From: an uncultured Actinomycetota bacterium
GTDB lineage: Bacteria > Actinomycetota > Humimicrobiia > Humimicrobiales > Humimicrobiaceae
NCBI GenBank assembly: GCA_964603595.1
Contig: CAZRVN010000001.1
Coordinates: 152,151 to 216,150, forward strand
Direction of reading: 5' to 3'
Length of the DNA stretch: 64,000 nt
Positions 18,817 through 28,567 of this stretch are shown here, piece after piece. A program made the position numbers and the translations under genes. Within the stretch, counting starts at the first letter, position 1; each line of letters starts with the position of its first letter. The notes beneath the pieces are model-generated. The model did no database searches, had not been told where the DNA came from, and worked only from the letters and a program-made list of their open reading frames with translations.

Positions 18817-20337
18817 ATGTCAAAATATATTATCACACATGATTTTGGCACTACTGGAAATAAAGCGAATCTTTATGATGAGCAGGGAAATTTATTGTAT
18901 AGTGAATTTTCAGGTTATAAAACCTTTTACCAATATGTGAACTGGGCAGAAAAAAATACCGAAGATTGGTGGAAAGCTATCTGTATATCGACAAAAGAAC
19001 TTATTCGTAAGAGTAATATTAATAAAAGTGAAGTAGCTGTTGTCAGTTTTAGTGCTCAAATGCAGGGGTGCCTACCGCTTAACAAAAAGGGTGAAATACT
19101 GAGGATGTCTATTATATGGGCAGACCAGAGAAGTATTAAACAGGCTCGTAAACTTGAAAAGGAATTGGGAGAAGAAAAGATATACAATATTACCGGTCAT
19201 AAAATTAGTCCTAGCTATTCATTAGAAAAAATAATGTGGCTCATGGATGATGAACCAGATGTCTATAAAAATACATTTAAGTTTGTTCATGCAAAGGATT
19301 ATATTGTTAGAAGACTAACAGGTAAATTTGTTACTGATTATTCTGATGCATCGGGTATGAATCTGTTTGATATTATAAAAAAGAAATGGTCTCCTGAAAT
19401 ATTGAAAGTAGCAAATTTAGATCCTGAAAAATTACCTGAACCACATTGCTCATTCGATGTCATTGGAGAAGTTTCTTCTTCTGTTGCAGATGAAGTTGGA
19501 TTGAAAGTAAATACACCCGTAGTTATAGGAACTGGCGATGGAATAGCTGCAAGTGTAGGGGCTGGCGTAGTAAGTGAGGGGAATGCTTACAATTATATTG
19601 GCTCGTCTTCATGGATTGATCTGGTTACAAATAAGCCTATTTTAGATCCTGAACGTAAAACTTTTAACTGGGTTCATGTTGACCCGAATATGTGTATGCC
19701 CTGTGGGACCATGCAATCTGCAGGTGCTTCATATAGCTGGTTAAAAGATAATATATGTCTTCTTGAACAAAAAACAGTGGAAAATCTTGATATTAGTCCG
19801 TTCGAATTAATGGATATTTCTGTTAAGAATTCTAATCCTACAGCTAACAAACTCTTATTTTTACCTTATTTAATGGGTGAGAGAAGTCCACATTGGAATC
19901 CGAATGTAAGAGGTGCTTTTATTGGATTATCACTAAAACATAAACGAAAGGATATTATTCGTTCGGTTATGGAAGGAGTTACTTATAATCTTAAAATGAT
20001 AAGTGAGATTTTTGAAAATGTTATCGATTTTTTAGATATGAGGGTAATTGGTGGGGCAAGCACCCCTATCTGGCGAAAAATAATGTCTGATATATATAAT
20101 AAAAAAGTACTTAAGCCCAAAATACTGGAAGAAGCCACTTCACTTGGAGCTGCAATTGTTGGTGGAGTTGGTGTTGGCATATTCCACAGTATAGAGGTTG
20201 CTGAGAAATTAAACCCGATTACAGAAATTCAAAAACCAAACATGGATAATGTTAAAAAATATGAGTCAATGTATGCTATATTTAAAGATTCTTATAACTC
20301 ACTTGTTGATGTGTACGATAAATTGGCATCATTATAA
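18817..20337 (+). CDS. FGGY-family carbohydrate kinase (xylulokinase/pentulose kinase-like)
   Basis: FGGY N- and C-terminal domain motifs (HDFGTTGNKA, GGAS). Confidence 0.85.
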   Translation: MSKYIITHDFGTTGNKANLYDEQGNLLYSEFSGYKTFYQYVNWAEKNTEDWWKAICISTKELIRKSNINKSEVAVVSFSAQMQGCLPLNKKGEILRMSIIWADQRSIKQARKLEKELGEEKIYNITGHKISPSYSLEKIMWLMDDEPDVYKNTFKFVHAKDYIVRRLTGKFVTDYSDASGMNLFDIIKKKWSPEILKVANLDPEKLPEPHCSFDVIGEVSSSVADEVGLKVNTPVVIGTGDGIAASVGAGVVSEGNAYNYIGSSSWIDLVTNKPILDPERKTFNWVHVDPNMCMPCGTMQSAGASYSWLKDNICLLEQKTVENLDISPFELMDISVKNSNPTANKLLFLPYLMGERSPHWNPNVRGAFIGLSLKHKRKDIIRSVMEGVTYNLKMISEIFENVIDFLDMRVIGGASTPIWRKIMSDIYNKKVLKPKILEEATSLGAAIVGGVGVGIFHSIEVAEKLNPITEIQKPNMDNVKKYESMYAIFKDSYNSLVDVYDKLASL

Positions 20338-20427
20338 TTTTTGAAATATTAAATTTATTTGGTATTAGTAATAAATATTAATTGTTGTATTTATCTTTTA
20401 TTATATCTTAATTGAAAGGAAATATTA

Positions 20428-20682
20428 TTGATGAATAATTTAATTGGTATTTTAAAGAAAGAAGGCATTGATTCAGCCTGTGGGGAAATTGGTATTAATT
20501 TTGAGAAAATTTTTCATAGTGACCTTTGTAATAATCCATATAGAGAACATGCATGGTATGTTAACAATCACCCCGAAGTAATTGTTTTTAATGCTGTTCC
20601 TGATAAGGATAAACAGGATAGACTTTTCTGGGAAGAGTTGCTCAGGATGCGTAATAAAAAAAATTTTATCATCACATATTAA
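20428..20682 (+). CDS. Small hypothetical protein, possibly a gene remnant
   Basis: ORF with an AAAGGA RBS 10 nt upstream. No recognisable family. GC-richer, non-coding-looking DNA follows. Confidence 0.3.
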   Translation: MMNNLIGILKKEGIDSACGEIGINFEKIFHSDLCNNPYREHAWYVNNHPEVIVFNAVPDKDKQDRLFWEELLRMRNKKNFIITY

Positions 20683-20968
20683 CACTCTGGAGACCAAAGA
20701 ATTATGACGAGATTTATGAGGCACCCGAGCATGATGATATACATCCGTAACAAATTTTTGGAAATAAGTGGTACGTTGTAAATGATACTGATATGACACC
20801 TTTATTACTGCGTAGATAAGGGAATATATTACTATTTATCTAAAATTATTATTTTAAGAATTTAATATTTAAATTTAAATTTATAGTTTCTAAAAAATAT
20901 AAATTTTTTTCTCTTAAAGACCAGTGTAAGTTTATTAATATAATAAATTTTTTAAAAAAGGATAAAAA

Positions 20969-22021
20969 ATGAAGGCAATAGTATTTTATGCTCCTGGAGA
21001 TATGAGGTATGAAGACAGGCCAAAGCCAGATATCGGAGATAACGATCTTATAATAAAAGTTAAAGCATGCGCAATATGTGGAACAGATTTAAGGATTTTT
21101 AATAGCGGTCATCATGGCTTAAAACCTCCACAAATTATCGGTCATGAAATTTCCGGAATAATAGAGGAAAAAGGAAAAAACGTCATGGATTTTAAATTAG
21201 ATGATAGGGTTGTAGTAGACCCAATTGTGTCGTGTGGATCATGCTACTATTGTCAAAAGGGAATGACAAATTTGTGTTTAGATTTTAAAAAGAAAACAAA
21301 AGCATTTGGATATTACTATCCTGGAGGTTTTGCAGAATATATGGCAGTTCCAGATATAGCTATTAAGAGGGGTAATTTGATACGGGTTCCTGATTCCATT
21401 TCTTTTGAAGAAGCTGCAATTGCGGAACCAATGGGCTGCGCATTAAATGGCGAGCTTCTATCACGGACAGGTGATGGTGATACTGTATTAATTATTGGTG
21501 GAGGACCTATGGGCGCAATGCATGCTAGTCTGGCCAAAATACTTGGTGCAACAAAAATAATAATGTCAGAAATTTCCGATAAAAGGCTTGAGACGACAAG
21601 ATATAAGAAATTTGCTGATTATTATATAAATCCAGCAAAGGAAGATTTAAGGAAATTGCTGATTGATATAACTGACGGAATTGGACCAAATGTGATAATA
21701 ATTGCGGCTCCCTCAGGAAAAGCACAGGAAGAAGCGATAGAACTTGCTGCAAACAGAGCGCATATATGCTTTTTTGGCGGACTGCCGAAAGATAATAATA
21801 TTATAAGTATAGATAGCAACATAGTCCATTATAAAGAATTGTTTATAAATGGTTCTTCTGGTGCTACAACAAATCAAATAAAGACCTGTATAGATCTTAT
21901 GAGTAATAATATGATAGATGGTAAAAAATTTATAAGTAAAATAATAAAGCTCGAGGATTTACCAGCTATTATACCTGAAATAACCGAAGGTAATTATTTA
22001 AAAGTAGTTATAAAGCCATAG
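20969..22021 (+). CDS. Zinc-dependent MDR alcohol/polyol dehydrogenase (sorbitol/L-iditol dehydrogenase-like)
   Basis: Catalytic zinc motif GHEISG, structural zinc cysteines (CGSCYYC), and a Rossmann GGGPMG. Confidence 0.85.
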   Translation: MKAIVFYAPGDMRYEDRPKPDIGDNDLIIKVKACAICGTDLRIFNSGHHGLKPPQIIGHEISGIIEEKGKNVMDFKLDDRVVVDPIVSCGSCYYCQKGMTNLCLDFKKKTKAFGYYYPGGFAEYMAVPDIAIKRGNLIRVPDSISFEEAAIAEPMGCALNGELLSRTGDGDTVLIIGGGPMGAMHASLAKILGATKIIMSEISDKRLETTRYKKFADYYINPAKEDLRKLLIDITDGIGPNVIIIAAPSGKAQEEAIELAANRAHICFFGGLPKDNNIISIDSNIVHYKELFINGSSGATTNQIKTCIDLMSNNMIDGKKFISKIIKLEDLPAIIPEITEGNYLKVVIKP

Positions 22022-22350
22022 TCAAATTTTAAATGATAAGTATTTAAAAATTTTCTTACAGGAATATATAATCTATAATCTAAATTAATTTACTAATATA
22101 CTATAAGTAATTTTTGAGATATATATTATTCATATATAAAGTTGTCAGAAATATTGTAATGAATTGTTGCATAATAACAAAAATACTCTGGCAGGGTGTA
22201 CGTGGGTAATAGACAGGTATGTTTAATTAAAGCTCATTAAAGAGCTTAATTGCTTAAATTTAATCGTATTATAATATTTTGTCACTTTTATTAACATATG
22301 ATTTATATAGTGTAATAATTCACTGTGAGTAACAAATTTAATAAAATACA

Positions 22351-22379
22351 TTGACAAAGCAAAGAGTAACAAATATAAT
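22351..22379 (+). promoter_or_regulatory. Consensus sigma-A promoter TTGACA-N17-TATAAT upstream of the SDR gene, flanked by an 11-bp direct repeat GAGTAACAAAT
   Basis: TTGACA at 22351-22356, exact 17-nt spacer, TATAAT at 22374-22379. The direct repeat GAGTAACAAAT sits at 22327-22337 and 22364-22374, and the second copy overlaps the -10 region. Confidence 0.5.
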
Positions 22380-22516
22380 TTTAATATTAATAAAATTAAG
22401 ATAAATCATTTTTATTCTATCAAATTATAAAAAATTATAGTTTTTTATCGAAGTTATTATAGTTATTAAAAAATCTACATATTAAAATATATTAATATAA
22501 ACTCAAGAGATTTTTA

Positions 22517-23278
22517 ATGATACAAAGTAAGTTTAAAATAAAAAGAACTGCATTAATAACTGGAGCTGCTCAGGGAATAGGTAAAGCAATAGCTCTTAAA
22601 TTAATAAGAAATGGTGATTCTGTAATTATTACTGATGTAGATAGTGATAAACTTAAAAAAACCGTAGAGGAAATCAAAAAGATCAGTTCAGATTGCTCTT
22701 CATATATAGTTGATGTTTCAAAGCCTGATGAGATAAAGAAAGTTATCAATCTAATAGTTAATGACAGGGGAAGAATAGATATTCTTATAAACAATGCTGG
22801 TATAGCAGCTTTTGGAGGAATAGAGGATGTTACAAATGAAATATTAGATAAAATGATTGATGTTAATTTTAAAGGAGCTTTTTATCTATGCAGGGAAATT
22901 GCTCCTATTATGAAAAAGCAACACTACGGGAAAATTGTTAACATATCTTCAATAACTGCAAAGAGGGGCGATAATACAACTATGCCATGTTACGGTCCTT
23001 CTAAGGGAGCTTTGATAGTTCTTACAAAATCACTGGCAAAACAACTTGGTCCATTTGGAATAAATATTAATGCAGTAGCGCCTCATGCCATAGATACAAG
23101 TATAATGGAGCTATGGGATGATGAGAAAAGAGAAAAAGTTGCAAAAGCTCTACCTGTTAAAAGGATAGGGAAGCCAGATGATGTAGCATCGGCAGTTTTA
23201 TTTCTAGTTTCTGATGAATCAAGTTTTATAACAGGCCATGTAATTAATGTTGATGGCGGCCATTTCATGGATTCTTAA
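22517..23278 (+). CDS. SDR-family oxidoreductase (FabG-like short-chain polyol/sugar dehydrogenase)
   Basis: TGAAQGIGKAIA cofactor motif and the catalytic YGPSK. Confidence 0.85.
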   Translation: MIQSKFKIKRTALITGAAQGIGKAIALKLIRNGDSVIITDVDSDKLKKTVEEIKKISSDCSSYIVDVSKPDEIKKVINLIVNDRGRIDILINNAGIAAFGGIEDVTNEILDKMIDVNFKGAFYLCREIAPIMKKQHYGKIVNISSITAKRGDNTTMPCYGPSKGALIVLTKSLAKQLGPFGININAVAPHAIDTSIMELWDDEKREKVAKALPVKRIGKPDDVASAVLFLVSDESSFITGHVINVDGGHFMDS

Positions 23279-23537
23279 TTTAAAAATATATTATTCATAT
23301 TAAAATTTTATAAAGAATTTATGATGTTTCTTACTATACCTTTTAAAAAATTATTAATAAAAAAACGATATGGAGGTGATTGTTGTATGGAAAAAATGAG
23401 ATTTGCTTGTGACTTATAATATTAAAAAATATTAATCCCTGAGTCCAAACAAATCTCAATAAAAATCTACCAGAGATAATTTAGAAAGTAAAGCCAAGAA
23501 AGGAGGTTGATAAATAGGATAACAACATATTTTATTA

Positions 23538-24989
23538 ATGGTTTTTGTAATGAAAGGATTTAAAATGAAAAAATCATTATTACGAGGAATAATTTTTATT
23601 TTAAGCATATTAATTATAGCGTCATTATCATTATATGCTTGTAAAGAAGAAACAGATGGAGGAACAGACACGGGTGCAGTAGAAGCTGATGCTGACGCAG
23701 ATGCCGATGCTGATACCGGAGAAACTGTTACAATAACAATTGCAACGTTGAACAACCCGGATATGATGATTATGAAAGATTTATCTCCGAATTTTACTGA
23801 TGAAACAGGTATAGAACTTGAATGGGTTGTTCTTCCCGAAAATGAATTGCGCCAGAAAGTTACCGAGGACGTAGGACTAGGTGCAGGTCAATTTGACATT
23901 GTAACAATCGGTATCATAGAGGTTAAGAACTGGGTGAACTATGAATGGATAATTTCCCTGGAGCCGTTCTTTGAAGAGATGAGTGATGATGAAAAAGCAG
24001 AGTACGATTATGCTGATGTAATAGAATCTGTAAGGGAAGGTCTTAGTGTAGATGGTACATTATATGCACTTCCTTTCTACGGAGAATCAAGCATGATTTA
24101 CTACCGAAAAGACTTATTTGAAGATGCTGGTTTAACTATGCCTGAGGAACCAACATGGGATGATATTTATGATCTTGCCAAAGAACTACATGATCCTGGT
24201 ATTGAACAATATGGTTTAATTCTTCGTGGTCTTCCAGGCTGGGGAGAGAACATGGCTATATTTAGTACAATGATTAATGCATTTGGTGCTAGATGGTATG
24301 ATATGGAATGGAATGCCCAGTTTGATACACCTGAGATGAGAAATGCTTTTGAAATGTATTATAAGCTCATAAAAGAAGTAGCAGAACCAGGAGCAACCGG
24401 AGTAGGATTTACAGAAGGTTTAACACTTATGTCTCAGGGTAAAGGAGCTATATGGTATGATTCTACAGTTGCAGCGGGTACTCTAAACAATGAGAATGAC
24501 TCGGAAGTAGCAGGAAAAATCGGTTACGCACTCGCACCTTCAGCTGCTAAAGAAAATAACGGGTGGCTGTGGGCATGGTCTCTTGCTATGGAGGCTGCAA
24601 GCGATAATCCAGATGAAGCATTTGAATTCCTTACCTGGGCAACAAGCAAGGATTATAGGGAACTTGTTGCAGAATCAGAGGGCTGGGTTTCTGTACCTTC
24701 CGGTTCAAGGGAAAGTACATACACAAATCCCAATTATATAGAAGTTGCAGACTTTGCACCGGTTGTGTTGGATTCAATTAAAGCTGTAGATTATAACCAT
24801 CCAGCATTGGAGGAAACACCTTATATTGGTACACCATTCGTAGTATTTCCTGAGTGGTCTGAACTTGGTACAGAGGTTGCTCAGATAGTTGGTGCTTATA
24901 TTTCTGACGATATAACTACTGATGAAGCACTTCAGCAGTGTCAGGATATAGCAAATCAGGTAGCAAAAGAAGGAGGCTATCAGGAGTAG
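23538..24989 (+). CDS. Extracellular solute-binding protein family 1 (sugar ABC transporter substrate-binding lipoprotein)
   Basis: Signal peptide with lipobox (SLYACK). The true start is probably the ATG at 23565 (MKKSLL...). An (AD)5 linker follows, then a MalE-like SBP fold. GC is higher than in the neighbouring permease genes. Confidence 0.85.
   Translation: MVFVMKGFKMKKSLLRGIIFILSILIIASLSLYACKEETDGGTDTGAVEADADADADADTGETVTITIATLNNPDMMIMKDLSPNFTDETGIELEWVVLPENELRQKVTEDVGLGAGQFDIVTIGIIEVKNWVNYEWIISLEPFFEEMSDDEKAEYDYADVIESVREGLSVDGTLYALPFYGESSMIYYRKDLFEDAGLTMPEEPTWDDIYDLAKELHDPGIEQYGLILRGLPGWGENMAIFSTMINAFGARWYDMEWNAQFDTPEMRNAFEMYYKLIKEVAEPGATGVGFTEGLTLMSQGKGAIWYDSTVAAGTLNNENDSEVAGKIGYALAPSAAKENNGWLWAWSLAMEAASDNPDEAFEFLTWATSKDYRELVAESEGWVSVPSGSRESTYTNPNYIEVADFAPVVLDSIKAVDYNHPALEETPYIGTPFVVFPEWSELGTEVAQIVGAYISDDITTDEALQQCQDIANQVAKEGGYQE
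23685..23714 (+). repeat. Five tandem GCNGAY hexamers encoding an (Ala-Asp)5 linker
   Basis: gctgatgctgacgcagatgccgatgctgat. Confidence 0.8.
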
Positions 24990-25118
24990 CACTCTATCTT
25001 TGATAAAAATAATTATACGGGAGCATGGTTTTTAGCCTCAGTGTGTTCCCGTATTATAATATTATGTGTAATATTATAATATTTATATATAATTTAAAAA
25101 AAGACTGGATTAAATTAA

Positions 25119-26000
25119 ATGAAGAAAAATATAGGAAGCAGGTTGTTAACATTACCAGCAATTATTGTAGTTTTAATTGTAACACAAATTCCGATTATAA
25201 TAACTATTTATTACAGTTTATTTAGATGGAGTGTGGTAAGGCCAGACTTACCAAATAATTTTGTAGGCTTTAGTTATTATAAAGAATTATTAACAGGAGA
25301 TACTTTCTGGATTGTATTAAAAAATACAATAAATATTACATTTATACCACTGGCTATATGTCTTTTACTTGGAACGTTTCTGGCATTCTTGCTGTATCGT
25401 CCTTTTCCAGGTGTAGGAATTGCACGTACACTTTTAATTTCACCTTTTTTTATCATGGATTCAGTTATAGGTGTCTTCTGGAGAAACGTAATTATGGAAC
25501 CCACATATGGTCTGATTAGCCAAATCGGAAATTTTTTTGGTATCAGTTTAAAAAATCTTGAGCTACTAAGTCAGCATCCAATCCTTTTTATAAATACCCT
25601 CATTATATGGAAGTGGACCCCCTTCTTTATGCTGGTAGTCATGGCTGGCCTGCAGTCTATTCCAAATGAAGTAGTGGAAGCATCTTTAATTGATGGGGCA
25701 AGTACATGGGGAAGAATACAAAAGATAATTATTCCTATGATAATGAAATATATTACTATTAGTTTAATTTTAGGACTTATATTCATACTTAAAACATTTG
25801 GCCTTATATTCACAACTACTCTAGGAGGGCCCGGATTTAGCTCCACAAACTTTCCTTATTATGTTTATAGAAAGACATTTCTTGGATGGGATGTAGGAAG
25901 GGGCTCTGCAATTGCAGTTTTTGTTGTGATTATTTCTCTTGTGATAATTATGGCATTATTTAAATTCTTAAGAAAATCAATAGTGGAGGAAGAAATATGA
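25119..26000 (+). CDS. Sugar ABC transporter permease (MalF/UgpA-like)
   Basis: Six-TM permease with the EAA-like loop region (EASLIDGAS). Confidence 0.85.
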   Translation: MKKNIGSRLLTLPAIIVVLIVTQIPIIITIYYSLFRWSVVRPDLPNNFVGFSYYKELLTGDTFWIVLKNTINITFIPLAICLLLGTFLAFLLYRPFPGVGIARTLLISPFFIMDSVIGVFWRNVIMEPTYGLISQIGNFFGISLKNLELLSQHPILFINTLIIWKWTPFFMLVVMAGLQSIPNEVVEASLIDGASTWGRIQKIIIPMIMKYITISLILGLIFILKTFGLIFTTTLGGPGFSSTNFPYYVYRKTFLGWDVGRGSAIAVFVVIISLVIIMALFKFLRKSIVEEEI

Positions 26001-26812
26001 GAAAGACAGTTTCACCATTAGTTAGAATATTCGTTTTTATAATAGCTATAATATATTTCTTTCCAATTTTCTGGCTTATTCTGACAGGATTTAAACAGGA
26101 AGTTGATGTTGTTAACCTTACGCTTTTTTTTAATCCAACACTCGATCAATATAAACTAATATTTAGTGGAGGATTAGCAAAGTTTTTATTGAACTCGTTA
26201 TTTATCACATTTACTGCAACACTTCTTGCAATGGTAGTCGGAACACCTGCATCTTATGGAATCGTAATGATGTCAAGGATTAAAGCAGGGGGAGATAATA
26301 TTTTCTTCTGGTTCATATCTACGATACTTTTACCTCCGGTTTGTGTTGTTATTCCGGTATTTGTCGTATTGAATAGTATGGATATCCTGGATAACCACTG
26401 GAGTTTGATTTTTATTTATTCCGCAATAAACATTCCGATCGTTATATGGATGATGCGTTCTTTTTTTAAGGATATTCCTATTGAATTAATAGAATCTGCA
26501 AGGATCGACGGTGCTTCCGAAACGACTGCATTTTTGAAAATTGTCTTCCCATTAGCTCGAAGCGGTTTATCAGCCACGATTCTTTTATTAATAATTTTTA
26601 TCTGGAATGAGTTTTTCTTCGCTCTTAACCTTACCTATTACAGTGCTTCTACCTTACCTGTTTATGTATCGACTTTCATGACACAGGAAGGTTTATTCTG
26701 GGCAAAAATGAGCGCAATTTCGACCATAGCTATTCTTCCTCCAATAATTATTGGCTGGATTAACCAGAAACAATTAATTCGTGGAATGACTATGGGTGCT
26801 ATAAAGGGGTAA
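25997..26812 (+). CDS. Sugar ABC transporter permease (MalG/UgpE-like)
   Basis: EAA motif ESARIDGAS. Its start overlaps the previous permease's stop. Confidence 0.85.
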   Translation: MRKTVSPLVRIFVFIIAIIYFFPIFWLILTGFKQEVDVVNLTLFFNPTLDQYKLIFSGGLAKFLLNSLFITFTATLLAMVVGTPASYGIVMMSRIKAGGDNIFFWFISTILLPPVCVVIPVFVVLNSMDILDNHWSLIFIYSAINIPIVIWMMRSFFKDIPIELIESARIDGASETTAFLKIVFPLARSGLSATILLLIIFIWNEFFFALNLTYYSASTLPVYVSTFMTQEGLFWAKMSAISTIAILPPIIIGWINQKQLIRGMTMGAIKG

Positions 26813-26897
26813 TAATTTTCTTAAAGTTTTTGTTCTGTATATAAGCAAATTATAAATTTATAAAATTATATAGAATTAATTACGGGGGCTAATTTTT

Positions 26898-28436
26898 ATG
26901 AAAGGTTATCTACTTGGTATAGATATCGGAACATCAGGTGCCAAGGGAATTATAGGTGACTTAGATGGTAATATTATAAGTTCGCATACAATTTCTTATG
27001 AAGTTAGCATGCCTCATAAGTGCTGGGCTGAACACGATGCAAATAAAATATGGTGGGATAGCTTTAAGACTATTTGCAGGGAAATGATGAGAAAAGGCAA
27101 TATAGAGGGTAAAGAAATTCTTGCAGTAGGATGTAGTGGACTGGGACCTTCAATGGTACCTATAGATAATAGGGGAGACCCATTAAGGCCTGCTATTCTT
27201 TATGGAATTGATACAAGATCAGATAATGAAATTAAATATTGTAATAAATTATTGGGATTAAAAAAAGTTCTTGAAACATCAGGTCAAAAATTATCTTCAC
27301 AATCAGTAGGTACTAAAATATTATGGTATAAAAATAATGAGTCTGATAGATATAGTAAAACTACTAAGATACTGACAGCCAATGGATTTATAATATATAA
27401 ACTTACCGGAAAGTATTCAATAGATATATGTTCAGCAATTTTTTTCTGCCCGCTTTTTAACCTTAAAATGCTTTCATGGGATTTCGAAATAAGTAAAAAA
27501 GTCGGAATATCGATTGATATATTACCTGAATTATATCATCCTTCTAAAATAGTCGGTACTGTTACCGGTAATGCAGTCAGAGATACCGGATTGGCAGAAG
27601 GAACTCCTGTTATAGCTGGTGCGGTTGACGCATTTGCTGAGGCAGTAGGGGCAAGTGCAGTTGAAGAAGGGGATATTTATCTATCCTATGCGACTACAAT
27701 GACTATAATCATAAATTCATGTTCTTTAAAAATACATCCTGAGCTATGGGCCAATATGCATTATATTCCCGATATTTATACTCTAATAGGAGGTATGGCT
27801 ACATCAGGTGCACTTACCAAGTGGTTTATTAAAAATTTTATAAACAGAAAAGAAAAAGAATTTATAAAAAAAGGAACCAATATATATGATTATATAATTA
27901 GTATGGCCGAGAGAGTACCGGCTGGCTCAGAAGGTCTTATTATACTTCCTTACTTCAGTGGTGAGAGAACACCAATAAATGATAATCTGGCCAGAGGAAT
28001 AATTGCCGGTCTTACACTATCACATACGAGGGAACACATATACCGTGCGATTCTTGAAGGTACAGCATATAGCGTTGCTCACCATTTAGATATAATAAAA
28101 AATCTTAATATATACCCTAAAAAAATAATTTCATCAGGTGGAGGAATTGAAAATAGAGCATGGACTCAAATTGTTAGTGATGTGACCGGCTTAAAGCAGA
28201 TATGTATAGGTGAAAAAGGGTATAGTGCCTCCATAGGAAATGCATATATGGCAGGCTTTGGTGCAGGGATATTCAAAGACTTTTCTGTATTAAAAGAAAA
28301 ATGGGCTAATGTATCAAGAGTAATAGAACCTGATATAGAAAAACATAAAAAGTATGTGAAGTATATCAAAATTTATAAAAATCTTTATAAGAATACAAAA
28401 AGAGATATCCATAATCTGGCAAAATCATTCAAATGA
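26898..28436 (+). CDS. FGGY-family carbohydrate kinase (second copy, xylulokinase-like)
   Basis: FGGY motifs (GIDIGTSGAKG, SSGGG). Confidence 0.85.
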   Translation: MKGYLLGIDIGTSGAKGIIGDLDGNIISSHTISYEVSMPHKCWAEHDANKIWWDSFKTICREMMRKGNIEGKEILAVGCSGLGPSMVPIDNRGDPLRPAILYGIDTRSDNEIKYCNKLLGLKKVLETSGQKLSSQSVGTKILWYKNNESDRYSKTTKILTANGFIIYKLTGKYSIDICSAIFFCPLFNLKMLSWDFEISKKVGISIDILPELYHPSKIVGTVTGNAVRDTGLAEGTPVIAGAVDAFAEAVGASAVEEGDIYLSYATTMTIIINSCSLKIHPELWANMHYIPDIYTLIGGMATSGALTKWFIKNFINRKEKEFIKKGTNIYDYIISMAERVPAGSEGLIILPYFSGERTPINDNLARGIIAGLTLSHTREHIYRAILEGTAYSVAHHLDIIKNLNIYPKKIISSGGGIENRAWTQIVSDVTGLKQICIGEKGYSASIGNAYMAGFGAGIFKDFSVLKEKWANVSRVIEPDIEKHKKYVKYIKIYKNLYKNTKRDIHNLAKSFK

Positions 28437-28567
28437 ATGGAAAGATTATATTATAGAAATAGTGTGAGAGAGAGCTTTGATAAAAACTATAATTTTATTT
28501 AGATAAATATGATAAATATTAGAAATTTTAACCAAATATGTAATAAAAAATATTATTTCTGGAAAGG

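Noticed and set aside
20473-20799. 108-aa minus-strand ORF overlapping the 84-aa plus-strand ORF
   Set aside because: It has no RBS or family similarity. The region looks like eroded DNA, and at most one of the two overlapping ORFs could be real.
23456-23755. Minus-strand ORF (99 aa) containing SASASASASTAP
   Set aside because: It is the antisense reading of the (AD)5 hexamer repeat and the SBP signal peptide, and is a repeat-generated artifact.
25025-25225. 66-aa ORF upstream of and overlapping the first permease
   Set aside because: It is AT-rich low-complexity translation overlapping the permease start with no RBS, and is most likely spurious.
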